Positions 31,678 through 40,758 of a DNA stretch of 64,000 nucleotides are shown one piece after another. The position numbers were made by a program, and so were the translations under genes. The stretch lies in NCBI RefSeq assembly GCF_054482525.1, contig NZ_CM137006.1; one strand, written 5' to 3'. Position 1 is the first letter of the stretch, and every line of letters begins with the position of its first letter. The notes below the pieces were generated by a model. It searched no databases and was not told the DNA's origin. It saw only the letters and a program-made list of their open reading frames with translations.

Positions 31678-31765
31678 GTGCCGGATACGGCGTAAACGCC
31701 TTATCCGGCCGACAAATGCGCTCCCCGTAGGTCGGATAAGACGCGTCAGCGTCGCATCCGACACC
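31678..31765. repeat. REP/BIME cluster inside phn operon (between phnK and phnL)
   Basis: gccggatacggcgtaaacgccttatccggcc and gtaggtcggataagacgcgtcagcgtcgcatccgac palindromes. Confidence 0.8.
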
Positions 31766-31783
31766 CGAACCACGAGGCGAAAA

Positions 31784-32464
31784 ATGATTAACGTACAAAA
31801 CGTCAGTAAAACCTTCATCCTGCACCAGCAAAACGGCGTGCGCCTGCACGTCTTACAACGTGCCTCGCTCACCGTCAACGCAGGCGAATGCGTGGTGCTC
31901 CACGGCCACTCCGGCAGTGGAAAATCAACCCTGCTACGCTCGCTGTACGCCAACTATCTGCCCGATGAAGGTCAAATCCAGATCAAACACGGTGATGAGT
32001 GGGTAGACCTGATCACCGCGCCAGCCCGCAAAGTGGTGGAGATCCGCAAAACCACCATCGGCTGGGTGAGCCAGTTTCTGCGCGTCATCCCGCGTATTTC
32101 GGCACTGGAAGTGGTGATGCAGCCTCTGCTCGATACCGGCGTACCGCGTGAAGCCTGCGCCGCTAAAGCCGCGCGTCTGCTCACCCGCCTGAACGTGCCT
32201 GAACGCCTGTGGCACCTGGCACCATCGACCTTCTCCGGCGGCGAACAGCAGCGCGTCAACATCGCCCGTGGCTTTATCGTCGACTATCCGATTCTGCTGC
32301 TCGACGAACCTACCGCCTCGCTGGACGCTAAAAACAGCGCCGCCGTAGTGGAACTGATCCGCGAAGCCAAAGCCCGCGGCGCGGCCATCGTCGGTATCTT
32401 CCATGACGAAGCCGTACGCAATGACGTCGCCGACCGCCTGCACCCGATGGGAGCCTCTTCATGA
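31784..32464 (+). CDS. phnL: ABC-type ATPase PhnL, 226 aa
   Basis: [11 protein letters not shown]…, Walker [10 protein letters not shown]; start at ATG 31784. Confidence 0.9.
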   Translation: MINVQNVSKTFILHQQNGVRLHVLQRASLTVNAGECVVLHGHSGSGKSTLLRSLYANYLPDEGQIQIKHGDEWVDLITAPARKVVEIRKTTIGWVSQFLRVIPRISALEVVMQPLLDTGVPREACAAKAARLLTRLNVPERLWHLAPSTFSGGEQQRVNIARGFIVDYPILLLDEPTASLDAKNSAAVVELIREAKARGAAIVGIFHDEAVRNDVADRLHPMGASS

Positions 32465-33597
32465 TTATCAATAACGTCAAACTGGTGCTGGAAAATGAAG
32501 TGGTGCACGGTTCACTGGAAGTACAGGATGGCGAAATTCGGGCCTTTGCCGAAAGCCAGAGCCGCCAGCCGGAAGCGATGGACGGCGAAGGTGGCTGGCT
32601 ACTGCCCGGACTGATTGAGCTGCATACCGACAACCTCGATAAATTCTTCACCCCGCGCCCGAAAGTCGACTGGCCCGCCCATTCGGCGATGAGCAGCCAC
32701 GACGCGCTGATGGTGGCAAGCGGCATCACCACCGTACTGGACGCCGTGGCGATTGGTGATGTGCGCGACGGCGGCGATCGGCTGGAGAATCTGGAGAAGA
32801 TGATCAACGCCATCGAAGAGACGCAGAAACGCGGCGTCAACCGCGCCGAGCACCGCCTGCACCTGCGCTGCGAACTGCCGCACCACACCACGTTGCCGCT
32901 GTTTGAAAAACTGGTGCAGCGCGAACCGGTGACGCTGGTATCGCTGATGGACCACTCGCCAGGCCAGCGCCAGTTCGCCAATCGCGAGAAGTATCGCGAA
33001 TATTATCAGGGCAAATATTCCCTCACCGATGCGCAGATGCAGCAGTACGAAGAAGAGCAATTGGCGCTCGCCGCACGCTGGTCGCAGCCAAATCGCGAAA
33101 CCATCGCCGCAATGTGCCGCGCGCGACACATTGCCCTCGCCAGCCACGATGACGCCACGCACGCCCACGTTGCCGAATCTCACCAGCTTGGCAGCGTGAT
33201 CGCCGAATTTCCCACCACGTTCGAAGCGGCAGAAGCCTCGCGCAAGCATGGCATGAACGTGCTGATGGGCGCGCCGAATATCGTGCGCGGCGGTTCGCAC
33301 TCCGGCAACGTGGCGGCCAGTGAACTGGCGCAGCTTGGCCTGCTGGATATCCTCTCTTCCGACTACTACCCCGCCAGCCTGCTCGATGCGGCATTTCGCG
33401 TCGCCGATGACGAGAGCAACCGCTTTACGCTGCCGCAGGCGGTGAAGCTGGTGACTAAAAATCCGGCGCAGGCGCTTAATCTTCAGGATCGCGGAGTGAT
33501 TGGCGAGGGCAAACGCGCCGACCTGGTGCTGGCGCATCGCAAGGGCAACCACATTCATATCGACCACGTCTGGCGTCAGGGTAAAAGGGTGTTCTGA
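32461..33597 (+). CDS. phnM: Amidohydrolase-family PhnM (ribosyl-triphosphate diphosphohydrolase), 378 aa
   Basis: Metal-dependent hydrolase motifs (HTD…); operon position. Confidence 0.9.
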   Translation: MIINNVKLVLENEVVHGSLEVQDGEIRAFAESQSRQPEAMDGEGGWLLPGLIELHTDNLDKFFTPRPKVDWPAHSAMSSHDALMVASGITTVLDAVAIGDVRDGGDRLENLEKMINAIEETQKRGVNRAEHRLHLRCELPHHTTLPLFEKLVQREPVTLVSLMDHSPGQRQFANREKYREYYQGKYSLTDAQMQQYEEEQLALAARWSQPNRETIAAMCRARHIALASHDDATHAHVAESHQLGSVIAEFPTTFEAAEASRKHGMNVLMGAPNIVRGGSHSGNVAASELAQLGLLDILSSDYYPASLLDAAFRVADDESNRFTLPQAVKLVTKNPAQALNLQDRGVIGEGKRADLVLAHRKGNHIHIDHVWRQGKRVF

Positions 33598-34154
33598 TGA
33601 CGGGAAAACTGATTTGGTTAATGGGGGCCTCTGGCTCCGGAAAAGACAGTCTGTTGACGGAACTTCGCCAGCGGGAACAAACTCAGCTACTGGTAGCGCA
33701 TCGCTACATCACGCGCGCCGCCAGCGCCGGAAGTGAAAACCATATCGCCCTGAGCGAGCAGGAGTTTTTTACCCGCGCGGGGCAGAACCTTCTGGCCTTA
33801 AGCTGGCACGCTAACGGTCTGTATTATGGCGTCGGCGTCGAGATTGACCTCTGGCTGCACGCCGGATTCGACGTGCTGGTCAACGGCTCACGCGCGCATT
33901 TGCCGCAGGCGCGGGCGCGCTATCAATCGGCGCTGCTGCCCATTTGCTTACAGGTTTCGCCGGAGATCCTGCGCCAGCGCCTGGAAAACCGTGGTCGTGA
34001 AAACGCCAGTGAAATTAACGCCCGGCTGGCGCGCGCCGCCCGCTATACTCCTCAGGATTGCCATACGCTCAATAATGACGGCAGCCTGCGCCAGTCGGTC
34101 GACACGCTGCTGACGCTGATTCATCAGAAGGAGAAACACCATGCCTGCTTGTGA
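33597..34154 (+). CDS. phnN: Ribose 1,5-bisphosphate phosphokinase PhnN, 185 aa
   Basis: P-loop GASGSGKDS; operon position. Confidence 0.9.
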
Positions 34155-34575
34155 GCTTCGCCCGGCCACGCAGTACGATACCGACGCAGTGTACGCGCTG
34201 ATTTGTGAGCTAAAACAGGCGGAGTTTGACCACCACGCGTTTCGCGTGGGCTTTAACGCCAACCTGCGCGACCCGAACATGCGCTACCATCTGGCGCTGC
34301 TGGATGGCGAAGTTGTCGGCATGATCGGCCTGCATTTGCAGTTTCATCTGCATCATGTCAACTGGATCGGCGAAATTCAGGAACTGGTGGTGATGCCGCA
34401 GGCGCGCGGTCTGAATGTCGGCAGTAAATTACTGGCATGGGCAGAAGAAGAAGCCCGCCAGGCCGGGGCCGAAATGACCGAGCTTTCCACCAACGTGAAG
34501 CGCCACGACGCGCACCGTTTCTATCTGCGCGAAGGCTACGAGCAGAGCCACTTCCGCTTCACCAAGGCGCTGTAA
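34141..34575 (+). CDS. phnO: GNAT aminoalkylphosphonate N-acetyltransferase PhnO, 144 aa
   Basis: GNAT-like motifs; 14-bp overlap with phnN. Confidence 0.9.
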
Positions 34576-34576
34576 C

Positions 34577-35335
34577 ATGAGCCTGACCCTCACACTTACT
34601 GGCACTGGCGGCGCACAGGGCGTTCCGGCATGGGGCTGCGAGTGCGTGGCCTGCGCCAGAGCGCGGCGCTCACCGCAGTATCGCCGCCAGCCATGCAGCG
34701 GCGTCGTGAAGTTTAACGACGCGATCACCCTGATCGACGCCGGGCTGCACGATCTCGCCGATCGCTGGTCGCCCGGATCGTTCCAGCAGTTTTTGCTGAC
34801 GCACTACCATATGGATCACGTGCAGGGGCTGTTTCCGCTGCGCTGGGGTGTGGGCGATTCGATCCCGATCTACGGCCCGCCGGATGAACAGGGCTGCGAC
34901 GATCTGTTTAAACATCCGGGCCTGCTTGATTTCAGCCACACGATGGAACCGTTTGTGGTGTTTGATTTACAGGGGTTACAGGTCACGCCCCTGCCGCTCA
35001 ACCACTCAAAACTGACCTTCGGTTATCTGCTGGAAACGGCACACAGCCGGGTGGCGTGGCTGTCTGACACCGCTGGCTTGCCGGAAAAAACGCTGAAATT
35101 TTTACGCAATAATCAGCCGCAGGTAATGGTGATTGATTGCAGCCACCCGCCGCGCGAGGATGCACCGCGTAATCACTGTGATTTAAATACCGTGCTTGCG
35201 CTGAATCAGGTTATCCGCTCGCCACGGGTGATTCTGACCCATATCAGCCACCAGTTTGATGCGTGGCTGATGGAAAACGCACTGCCGTCGGGGTTTGAGG
35301 CGGGGTTTGATGGGATGGAGATTGGGGTGGCGTGA
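34577..35335 (+). CDS. phnP: Metallo-beta-lactamase-fold phosphodiesterase PhnP, 252 aa
   Basis: HxHxDH motif ([10 protein letters not shown]). Confidence 0.9.
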   Translation: MSLTLTLTGTGGAQGVPAWGCECVACARARRSPQYRRQPCSGVVKFNDAITLIDAGLHDLADRWSPGSFQQFLLTHYHMDHVQGLFPLRWGVGDSIPIYGPPDEQGCDDLFKHPGLLDFSHTMEPFVVFDLQGLQVTPLPLNHSKLTFGYLLETAHSRVAWLSDTAGLPEKTLKFLRNNQPQVMVIDCSHPPREDAPRNHCDLNTVLALNQVIRSPRVILTHISHQFDAWLMENALPSGFEAGFDGMEIGVA

Positions 35336-35490
35336 TGGGAGGGAATGTGCGCGCTGGCCCCCTCACCCTAACCCTCTCCCCAGAGGGGCGAGGGGACCGA
35401 TTGTGCTCGATATTGAATATTGCGCTGGTTTTCTCCCTCGCCCCATTGGGGAGAGGGCCGGGGTGAGGGGCGATGCCTGCTCCATACCCA
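35336..35490. repeat. GC-rich palindromic intergenic repeat, inverted and module-permuted relative to 26335..26452
   Basis: Shares cccctcaccc / ccctctcccc / gggagaggg / gtgctcgat modules with the phnD-phnE repeat. Confidence 0.7.
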
Positions 35491-35493
35491 ACA

Positions 35494-35823
35494 TCAACGC
35501 CCATACTCATCTTCCATTCTCCGCTCTTCATCTTCTAGCTGCCGACGCTCCTGATCCAGCTGGCGCTGGCGATCGTCCAGCTGCCTGCGGCGATCTTCAA
35601 ACTGGCGGCGGCGATCGTCATATTGTCTGCGCCGATCGTCGTTCACTTCACGCTGCCAGCCGTCGTCGCGCGAATCTTCATAGTCTCGCCCACGGTCAGG
35701 GTTATAAGCGTCGTTAATCGCCTGCTGAATATTGCCAATGGTGTCGTCGATAATATCGGCCTGGGCCGGAACGGTGGACAGCGTGAGCAGGGTGAATAAA
35801 AGAAATAGCGGAAAGCGTTTCAT
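35494..35823 (-). CDS. yjdP: Small secreted Arg/Asp/Glu-rich protein YjdP, 109 aa
   Basis: Signal peptide MKRFPLFLLFTLLTLSTVPAQA followed by charged low-complexity RRRQ repeats. Confidence 0.8.
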   Translation of the reverse strand: MKRFPLFLLFTLLTLSTVPAQADIIDDTIGNIQQAINDAYNPDRGRDYEDSRDDGWQREVNDDRRRQYDDRRRQFEDRRRQLDDRQRQLDQERRQLEDEERRMEDEYGR

Positions 35824-35891
35824 TAGCCAACCTCAAAAAGAAACTCTATCCACATTAGTCATTACTCATCCATGCAAGTAGTGGATGAATC

Positions 35892-36226
35892 TCAATTTCT
35901 CCGCTGCTCTATTGCCGTAATCGCCTCCACGCGTTGTTGATGACGACCGCCTTCGTACTGCGCGCCCAGCCACGCATCCACAATCATTTTTGCCAGTTCG
36001 AGGCCAACCACTCGTGAACCAAAAGCCAGTGCAACTTCACTGGCGTAATGCGGATAATCAGTACGCTCTGACGACCTGGTTTCTTTATCAATCCCCTCAC
36101 TCATTGACCATGAATAAAAGGCTGGCACAGCAACGCAGAATCCTGCGGTGCCAGCGACATGACCGCCCATTGCTCCGGTACGTTTTTTAATAAAAAACAC
36201 CGGTTGCATTGATTAATTGTGCTCAG
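35892..36226 (-). pseudogene. rpiB: rpiB (ribose-5-phosphate isomerase B) remnant: C-terminal about 67 codons recognisable, internal segment missing, 5-prime part unrelated
   Basis: Translation ends …AFGSRVVGLELAKMIVDAWLGAQYEGGRHQQRVEAITAIEQRRN which I recognise as the RpiB C-terminus; …SSERTDYPHYAS… is also present, but the segment between (with the catalytic Cys) is absent and the N-terminal 38 codons do not resemble RpiB. Confidence 0.5.
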
Positions 36227-36241
36227 GGTAATGACTCCAAC

Positions 36242-36745
36242 TTATTGATAGTGTTTTATGTTCAGATAATGCCCGATGACTTTGTCATGCAGCTCCACCG
36301 ATTTTGAGAACGACAGCGACTTCCGTCCCAGCCGTGCCAGGTGCTGCCTCAGATTCAGGTTATGCCGCTCAATTCGCTGCGTATATCGCTTGCTGATTAC
36401 GTGCAGCTTTCCCTTCAGGCGGGATTCATACAGCGGCCAGCCATCCGTCATCCATATCACCACGTCAAAGGGTGACAGCAGGCTCATAAGACGCCCCAGC
36501 GTCGCCATAGTGCGTTCACCGAATACGTGCGCAACAACCGTCTTCCGGAGACTGTCATACGCGTAAAACAGCCAGCGCTGGCGCGATTTAGCCCCGACAT
36601 AGCCCCACTGTTCGTCCATTTCCGCGCAGACGATGACGTCACTGCCCGGCTGTATGCGCGAGGTTACCGACTGCGGCCTGAGTTTTTTAAGTGACGTAAA
36701 ATCGTGTTGAGGCCAACGCCCATAATGCGGGCAGTTGCCCGGCAT
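36242..36745 (-). CDS. insB: IS1 InsB frame, 167 aa (expressed as InsAB-prime transposase by -1 frameshift)
   Basis: Translation matches IS1 InsB; overlaps insA 3-prime end around the ttaaaaaactc slippery motif. Confidence 0.9.
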
Positions 36746-36939
36746 CCAACGCCATTCATGGCCATATCAATGATTTTCTGGTGCGTACCGGGTTGAGAAG
36801 CGGTGTAAGTGAACTGCAGTTGCCATGTTTTACGGCAGTGAGAGCAGAGATAGCGCTGATGTCCGGCGGTGCTTTTGCCGTTACGCACCACCCCGTCAGT
36901 AGCTGAACAGGAGGGACAGCTGATAGAAACAGAAGCCAC
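36664..36939 (-). CDS. insA: IS1 InsA, 91 aa
   Basis: [43 protein letters not shown]… zinc-finger/HTH protein of IS1. Confidence 0.92.
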
Positions 36940-37238
36940 TGGAGCACCTCAAAAACACCATCATACACTAAATCAGTAAGTTGGCAGCATCACCTGTGCT
37001 CAGTATTTGCCGAAGTACAATATATATAATAAATATATAAAACACCTCATATTATTTACAGAGATAATAAATTCGCGTACTTTTCCCTCTTCAGCACAAA
37101 TGCCTAATAAAGTGGCGCGTTCAGCTCACACTTCTACTTATTAAAGTCGCAATTTCCCAATTATGATAACGCCAGCTTTAAATGACGTATTTTGCATGGA
37201 TTACATATTTACGACATAAATGATAAATGGAGATTTAT

Positions 37239-39224
37239 ATGAATAACTCTCGGTTATTCCGTTTGAGCAGGATTGTTATTGCGTTAACTGCCGCCAGCGG
37301 CATGATGGTAAATACCGCTTACGCAACAGATGAAGCGAAAGCCGCCACTCAATATACCCAACAGATTAATCAGAATTACGCCAAATCATTACCTTTTAGC
37401 GATCGTCAAGATTTTGACGATGCCCAGCGTGGATTTATCGCTCCGCTGCTGGATGAAGGTATTCTGCGTGATGCTAACGGCAAAGTTTACTACCGCGCAG
37501 ACGATTACAAATTTGATATTAATGCCGCTGCGCCGGAAACCGTAAACCCCAGCCTGTGGCGTCAGTCGCAAATCAACGGTATTTCTGGCCTGTTCAAAGT
37601 CACCGATAAAATGTATCAGGTGCGCGGCCAGGATATCTCTAACATTACGTTCGTTGAGGGCGAGAAAGGCATTATTGTTATCGACCCGCTGGTGACGCCG
37701 CCTGCCGCAAAAGCCGCACTTGATCTTTACTTCCAGCATCGTCCGCAAAAACCGATTGTTGCTGTGATTTACACCCACAGCCACGCCGACCATTATGGCG
37801 GTGTGAAAGGCATTATCTCTGAAGCGGATGTTAAATCCGGCAAAGTGCAGGTGATCGCTCCGGCAGGCTTTATGGACGAAGCCATCAGCGAAAACGTGCT
37901 GGCGGGTAACATCATGAGCCGCCGTGCGCTCTACTCTTACGGTCTGTTACTGCCGCACAACGCGCAAGGCAACGTGGGCAACGGCCTGGGCGTGACGCTG
38001 GCAACCGGCGACCCGAGCATTATTGCACCGACTAAAACTATCGTCAGAACTGGCGAGAAGATGATTATCGACGGCCTGGAGTTTGACTTCCTGATGACTC
38101 CGGGTAGCGAAGCGCCAGCCGAAATGCACTTCTATATTCCGGCCCTGAAAGCCCTGTGTACCGCCGAGAACGCCACGCATACCCTGCACAACTTCTACAC
38201 TCTGCGCGGCGCGAAAACCCGCGATACCAGCAAGTGGACCGAGTACCTGAACGAAACGCTGGATATGTGGGGTAACGACGCGGAAGTACTGTTTATGCCG
38301 CACACCTGGCCGGTCTGGGGCAATAAGCATATCAATGATTATATTGGTAAATATCGCGATACTATCAAGTACATTCACGACCAGACCCTGCACCTGGCGA
38401 ACCAGGGCTACACCATGAATGAAATCGGCGACATGATTAAGCTGCCGCCTGCGCTTGCCAATAACTGGGCCAGCCGCGGCTATTACGGTTCTGTCAGCCA
38501 CAACGCCCGCGCGGTGTATAACTTCTATCTTGGCTATTACGACGGTAACCCGGCTAACCTGCATCCATATGGTCAGGTGGAGATGGGTAAACGTTACGTG
38601 CAAGCTCTGGGCGGTTCTGCCCGCGTCATCAACCTGGCGAAAGAAGCGAACAAGCAAGGTGATTATCGCTGGTCGGCAGAACTGCTGAAACAGGTGATTG
38701 CCGCCAACCCTGGTGACCAGGTCGCGAAGAATCTGCAAGCGAATAACTTTGAACAGCTGGGCTATCAGGCCGAGTCCGCCACCTGGCGCGGTTTCTACCT
38801 GACCGGCGCGAAAGAGCTGCGCGAAGGGGTGCATAAATTCAGCCACGGCACCACCGGTTCCCCGGACACCATTCGCGGAATGTCGGTCGAAATGCTGTTC
38901 GACTTTATGTCCGTTCGCCTCGATAGTGCGAAAGCCGCGGGTAAAAATATCAGCCTGAACTTCAATATGAGCAACGGCGATAACCTCAACCTGACGCTGA
39001 ACGATAGCGTGCTTAACTACCGTAAAACGCTGCAACCTGAAGCCAACGCCTCTTTCTACATCAGCCGTGAAGATCTTCACGCCGTGCTGACCGGACAAGC
39101 CAAAATGGCGGATCTGGTAAAAGCGAAGAAAGCCAAAATTATTGGCAATGGCGCGAAACTGGAAGAAATTATTGCCTGTCTGGATAATTTCGATTTGTGG
39201 GTGAATATCGTAACCCCAAATTAA
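37239..39224 (+). CDS. yjcS: Metallo-beta-lactamase-fold alkyl/aryl-sulfatase YjcS, 661 aa
   Basis: Signal peptide, [10 protein letters not shown] metal-binding motif, C-terminal SCP2-like region; start at MNNSRLF. Confidence 0.88.
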   Translation: MNNSRLFRLSRIVIALTAASGMMVNTAYATDEAKAATQYTQQINQNYAKSLPFSDRQDFDDAQRGFIAPLLDEGILRDANGKVYYRADDYKFDINAAAPETVNPSLWRQSQINGISGLFKVTDKMYQVRGQDISNITFVEGEKGIIVIDPLVTPPAAKAALDLYFQHRPQKPIVAVIYTHSHADHYGGVKGIISEADVKSGKVQVIAPAGFMDEAISENVLAGNIMSRRALYSYGLLLPHNAQGNVGNGLGVTLATGDPSIIAPTKTIVRTGEKMIIDGLEFDFLMTPGSEAPAEMHFYIPALKALCTAENATHTLHNFYTLRGAKTRDTSKWTEYLNETLDMWGNDAEVLFMPHTWPVWGNKHINDYIGKYRDTIKYIHDQTLHLANQGYTMNEIGDMIKLPPALANNWASRGYYGSVSHNARAVYNFYLGYYDGNPANLHPYGQVEMGKRYVQALGGSARVINLAKEANKQGDYRWSAELLKQVIAANPGDQVAKNLQANNFEQLGYQAESATWRGFYLTGAKELREGVHKFSHGTTGSPDTIRGMSVEMLFDFMSVRLDSAKAAGKNISLNFNMSNGDNLNLTLNDSVLNYRKTLQPEANASFYISREDLHAVLTGQAKMADLVKAKKAKIIGNGAKLEEIIACLDNFDLWVNIVTPN

Positions 39225-39234
39225 TGCCACTCAC

Positions 39235-39262
39235 TTTTGGGGGCCCTTAAGCCCCCAAAAGC
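39235..39262. terminator. Near-perfect palindromic hairpin cttttgggggc ccttaa gcccccaaaag flanked by A/T runs (bidirectional terminator candidate)
   Basis: Read from sequence immediately after yjcS stop. Confidence 0.55.
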
Positions 39263-39432
39263 ATTTATTTAAAAAATATATACAGCAAATTAATACATAA
39301 AATATATAAGTTATGAATGCGGTGGCTGAATAAAGCTATTTTTATTCATCGAGAAAATAGCCATACTGACGCCTTCAATGGATATTGATATTCACTACAG
39401 ATATTGTTCGCAGCAGACAGGATGTATTTAAT

Positions 39433-39708
39433 ATGCCAACAGTTCTCTCTCGCATGGCGATGCAACTCAAAAAAACAGCCTGGATAATTCCCGTCTTCAT
39501 GGTTTCGGGATGCTCATTATCTCCGGCAATCCCGGTGATCGGCGCTTATTATCCCAGCTGGTTTTTCTGCGCCATTGCCAGCCTTATTTTGACGCTCATC
39601 ACGAGGCGAATTATTCAGCGGGCAAATATCAATCTGGCATTTGTCGGAATTATTTATACCGCCCTTTTTGCTCTCTACGCCATGCTGCTCTGGCTGGCAT
39701 TTTTCTAA
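39433..39708 (+). CDS. ytcA: Small lipoprotein YtcA, about 91 aa
   Basis: Lipobox MVSGCSL; immediately upstream of mdtN; start at MPTVLSRMAMQLKK (listed ORF starts at an upstream codon). Confidence 0.7.
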   Translation: MPTVLSRMAMQLKKTAWIIPVFMVSGCSLSPAIPVIGAYYPSWFFCAIASLILTLITRRIIQRANINLAFVGIIYTALFALYAMLLWLAFF

Positions 39709-39726
39709 TCTATTTGAGACGCGCTC

Positions 39727-40758
39727 ATGGAAAGTACGCCGAAAAAAGCTCCTCGCAGTAAATTCCCTGCTCTGTTAGTGGTTGCGTTGGCGCTGGTTGC
39801 CCTTGTTTTCGTTATCTGGCGCGTAGACAGTGCGCCATCAACTAATGACGCCTACGCGTCAGCAGATACCATTGATGTGGTGCCGGAAGTCAGCGGTCGC
39901 ATTGTAGAACTGGCGGTCACCGACAACCAGGCGGTGAAACAGGGTGATTTGCTATTCCGCATCGACCCACGCCCATACGAAGCCAATCTGGCGAAAGCCG
40001 AAGCCTCCCTCGCGGCGCTGGATAAGCAAATTATGCTCACCCAACGTAGCGTTGACGCGCAACAGTTTGGTGCCGACTCGGTTAATGCCACGGTAGAAAA
40101 AGCCCGTGCCGCCGCGAAACAGGCCACAGATACATTACGCCGCACCGAGCCATTACTGAAAGAAGGTTTTGTCTCAGCGGAAGACGTTGACCGTGCAAGA
40201 ACTGCGCAGCGCGCCGCAGAAGCCGATCTTAATGCCGTATTGTTGCAGGCGCAGTCAGCCGCCAGTGCCGTCAGCGGCGTCGATGCGCTGGTCGCCCAAC
40301 GTGCGGCGGTCGAAGCGGATATTGCCCTGACCAAACTGCATCTGGAAATGGCGACCGTTCGCGCGCCGTTTGATGGCCGGGTCATTTCCCTCAAAACCTC
40401 CGTCGGGCAATTTGCTTCTGCCATGCGCCCTATTTTTACCCTAATCGACACTCGTCACTGGTACGTGATCGCCAACTTCCGCGAAACCGATCTGAAAAAT
40501 ATTCGCTCAGGTACACCCGCAACGATTCGCCTGATGAGCGACAGCGGCAAAACCTTCGAGGGTAAAGTGGATTCGATTGGCTACGGCGTGCTACCGGATG
40601 ACGGCGGTCTGGTGCTGGGCGGCCTGCCGAAAGTGTCTCGTTCTATTAACTGGGTCCGCGTTGCCCAGCGTTTTCCGGTCAAAATCATGGTTGATAAACC
40701 TGACCCGGAAATGTTCCGCATCGGCGCTTCGGCAGTCGCTAATCTTGAGCCGCAATAA
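39727..40758 (+). CDS. mdtN: Efflux pump membrane fusion protein MdtN (HlyD family), 343 aa
   Basis: N-terminal TM anchor, coiled-coil and lipoyl-like domains. Confidence 0.88.
   Translation: MESTPKKAPRSKFPALLVVALALVALVFVIWRVDSAPSTNDAYASADTIDVVPEVSGRIVELAVTDNQAVKQGDLLFRIDPRPYEANLAKAEASLAALDKQIMLTQRSVDAQQFGADSVNATVEKARAAAKQATDTLRRTEPLLKEGFVSAEDVDRARTAQRAAEADLNAVLLQAQSAASAVSGVDALVAQRAAVEADIALTKLHLEMATVRAPFDGRVISLKTSVGQFASAMRPIFTLIDTRHWYVIANFRETDLKNIRSGTPATIRLMSDSGKTFEGKVDSIGYGVLPDDGGLVLGGLPKVSRSINWVRVAQRFPVKIMVDKPDPEMFRIGASAVANLEPQ

Larger units (their letters stand above)
36227..36994 (-). mobile_element. IS1 insertion sequence, complete 768 bp, ends ggtaatgactccaac… / …ttggcagcatcacc
   Basis: Terminal inverted repeats, insA and insB ORFs, A6C frameshift motif, flanked by 9 bp direct repeat tgtgctcag (36218..36226 and 36995..37003). 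Confidence 0.92.

Noticed and set aside
31166-32464. 432 aa plus-strand ORF spanning phnK 3-prime end, the REP cluster and phnL
   Set aside because: Artefact of an upstream alternative start in the phnL frame; the N-terminal 206 residues are Arg/Gly/Pro-rich nonsense overlapping phnK in another frame; true phnL starts at ATG 31784 with Walker A shortly after.
32599-33567. 322 aa minus-strand ORF inside phnM (and similar ones at 25474..26151, 26403..27248, 27689..28309, 30235..30915)
   Set aside because: All lie antisense within the GC-rich phn operon; translations are Arg/Ala/Gly-rich low-complexity typical of out-of-frame GC-rich sequence.
37947-39230. 427 aa ORF on minus strand fully inside yjcS
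   Set aside because: Antisense to a well-supported gene; no RBS or recognisable domain; long antisense ORFs are common in GC-biased coding regions.
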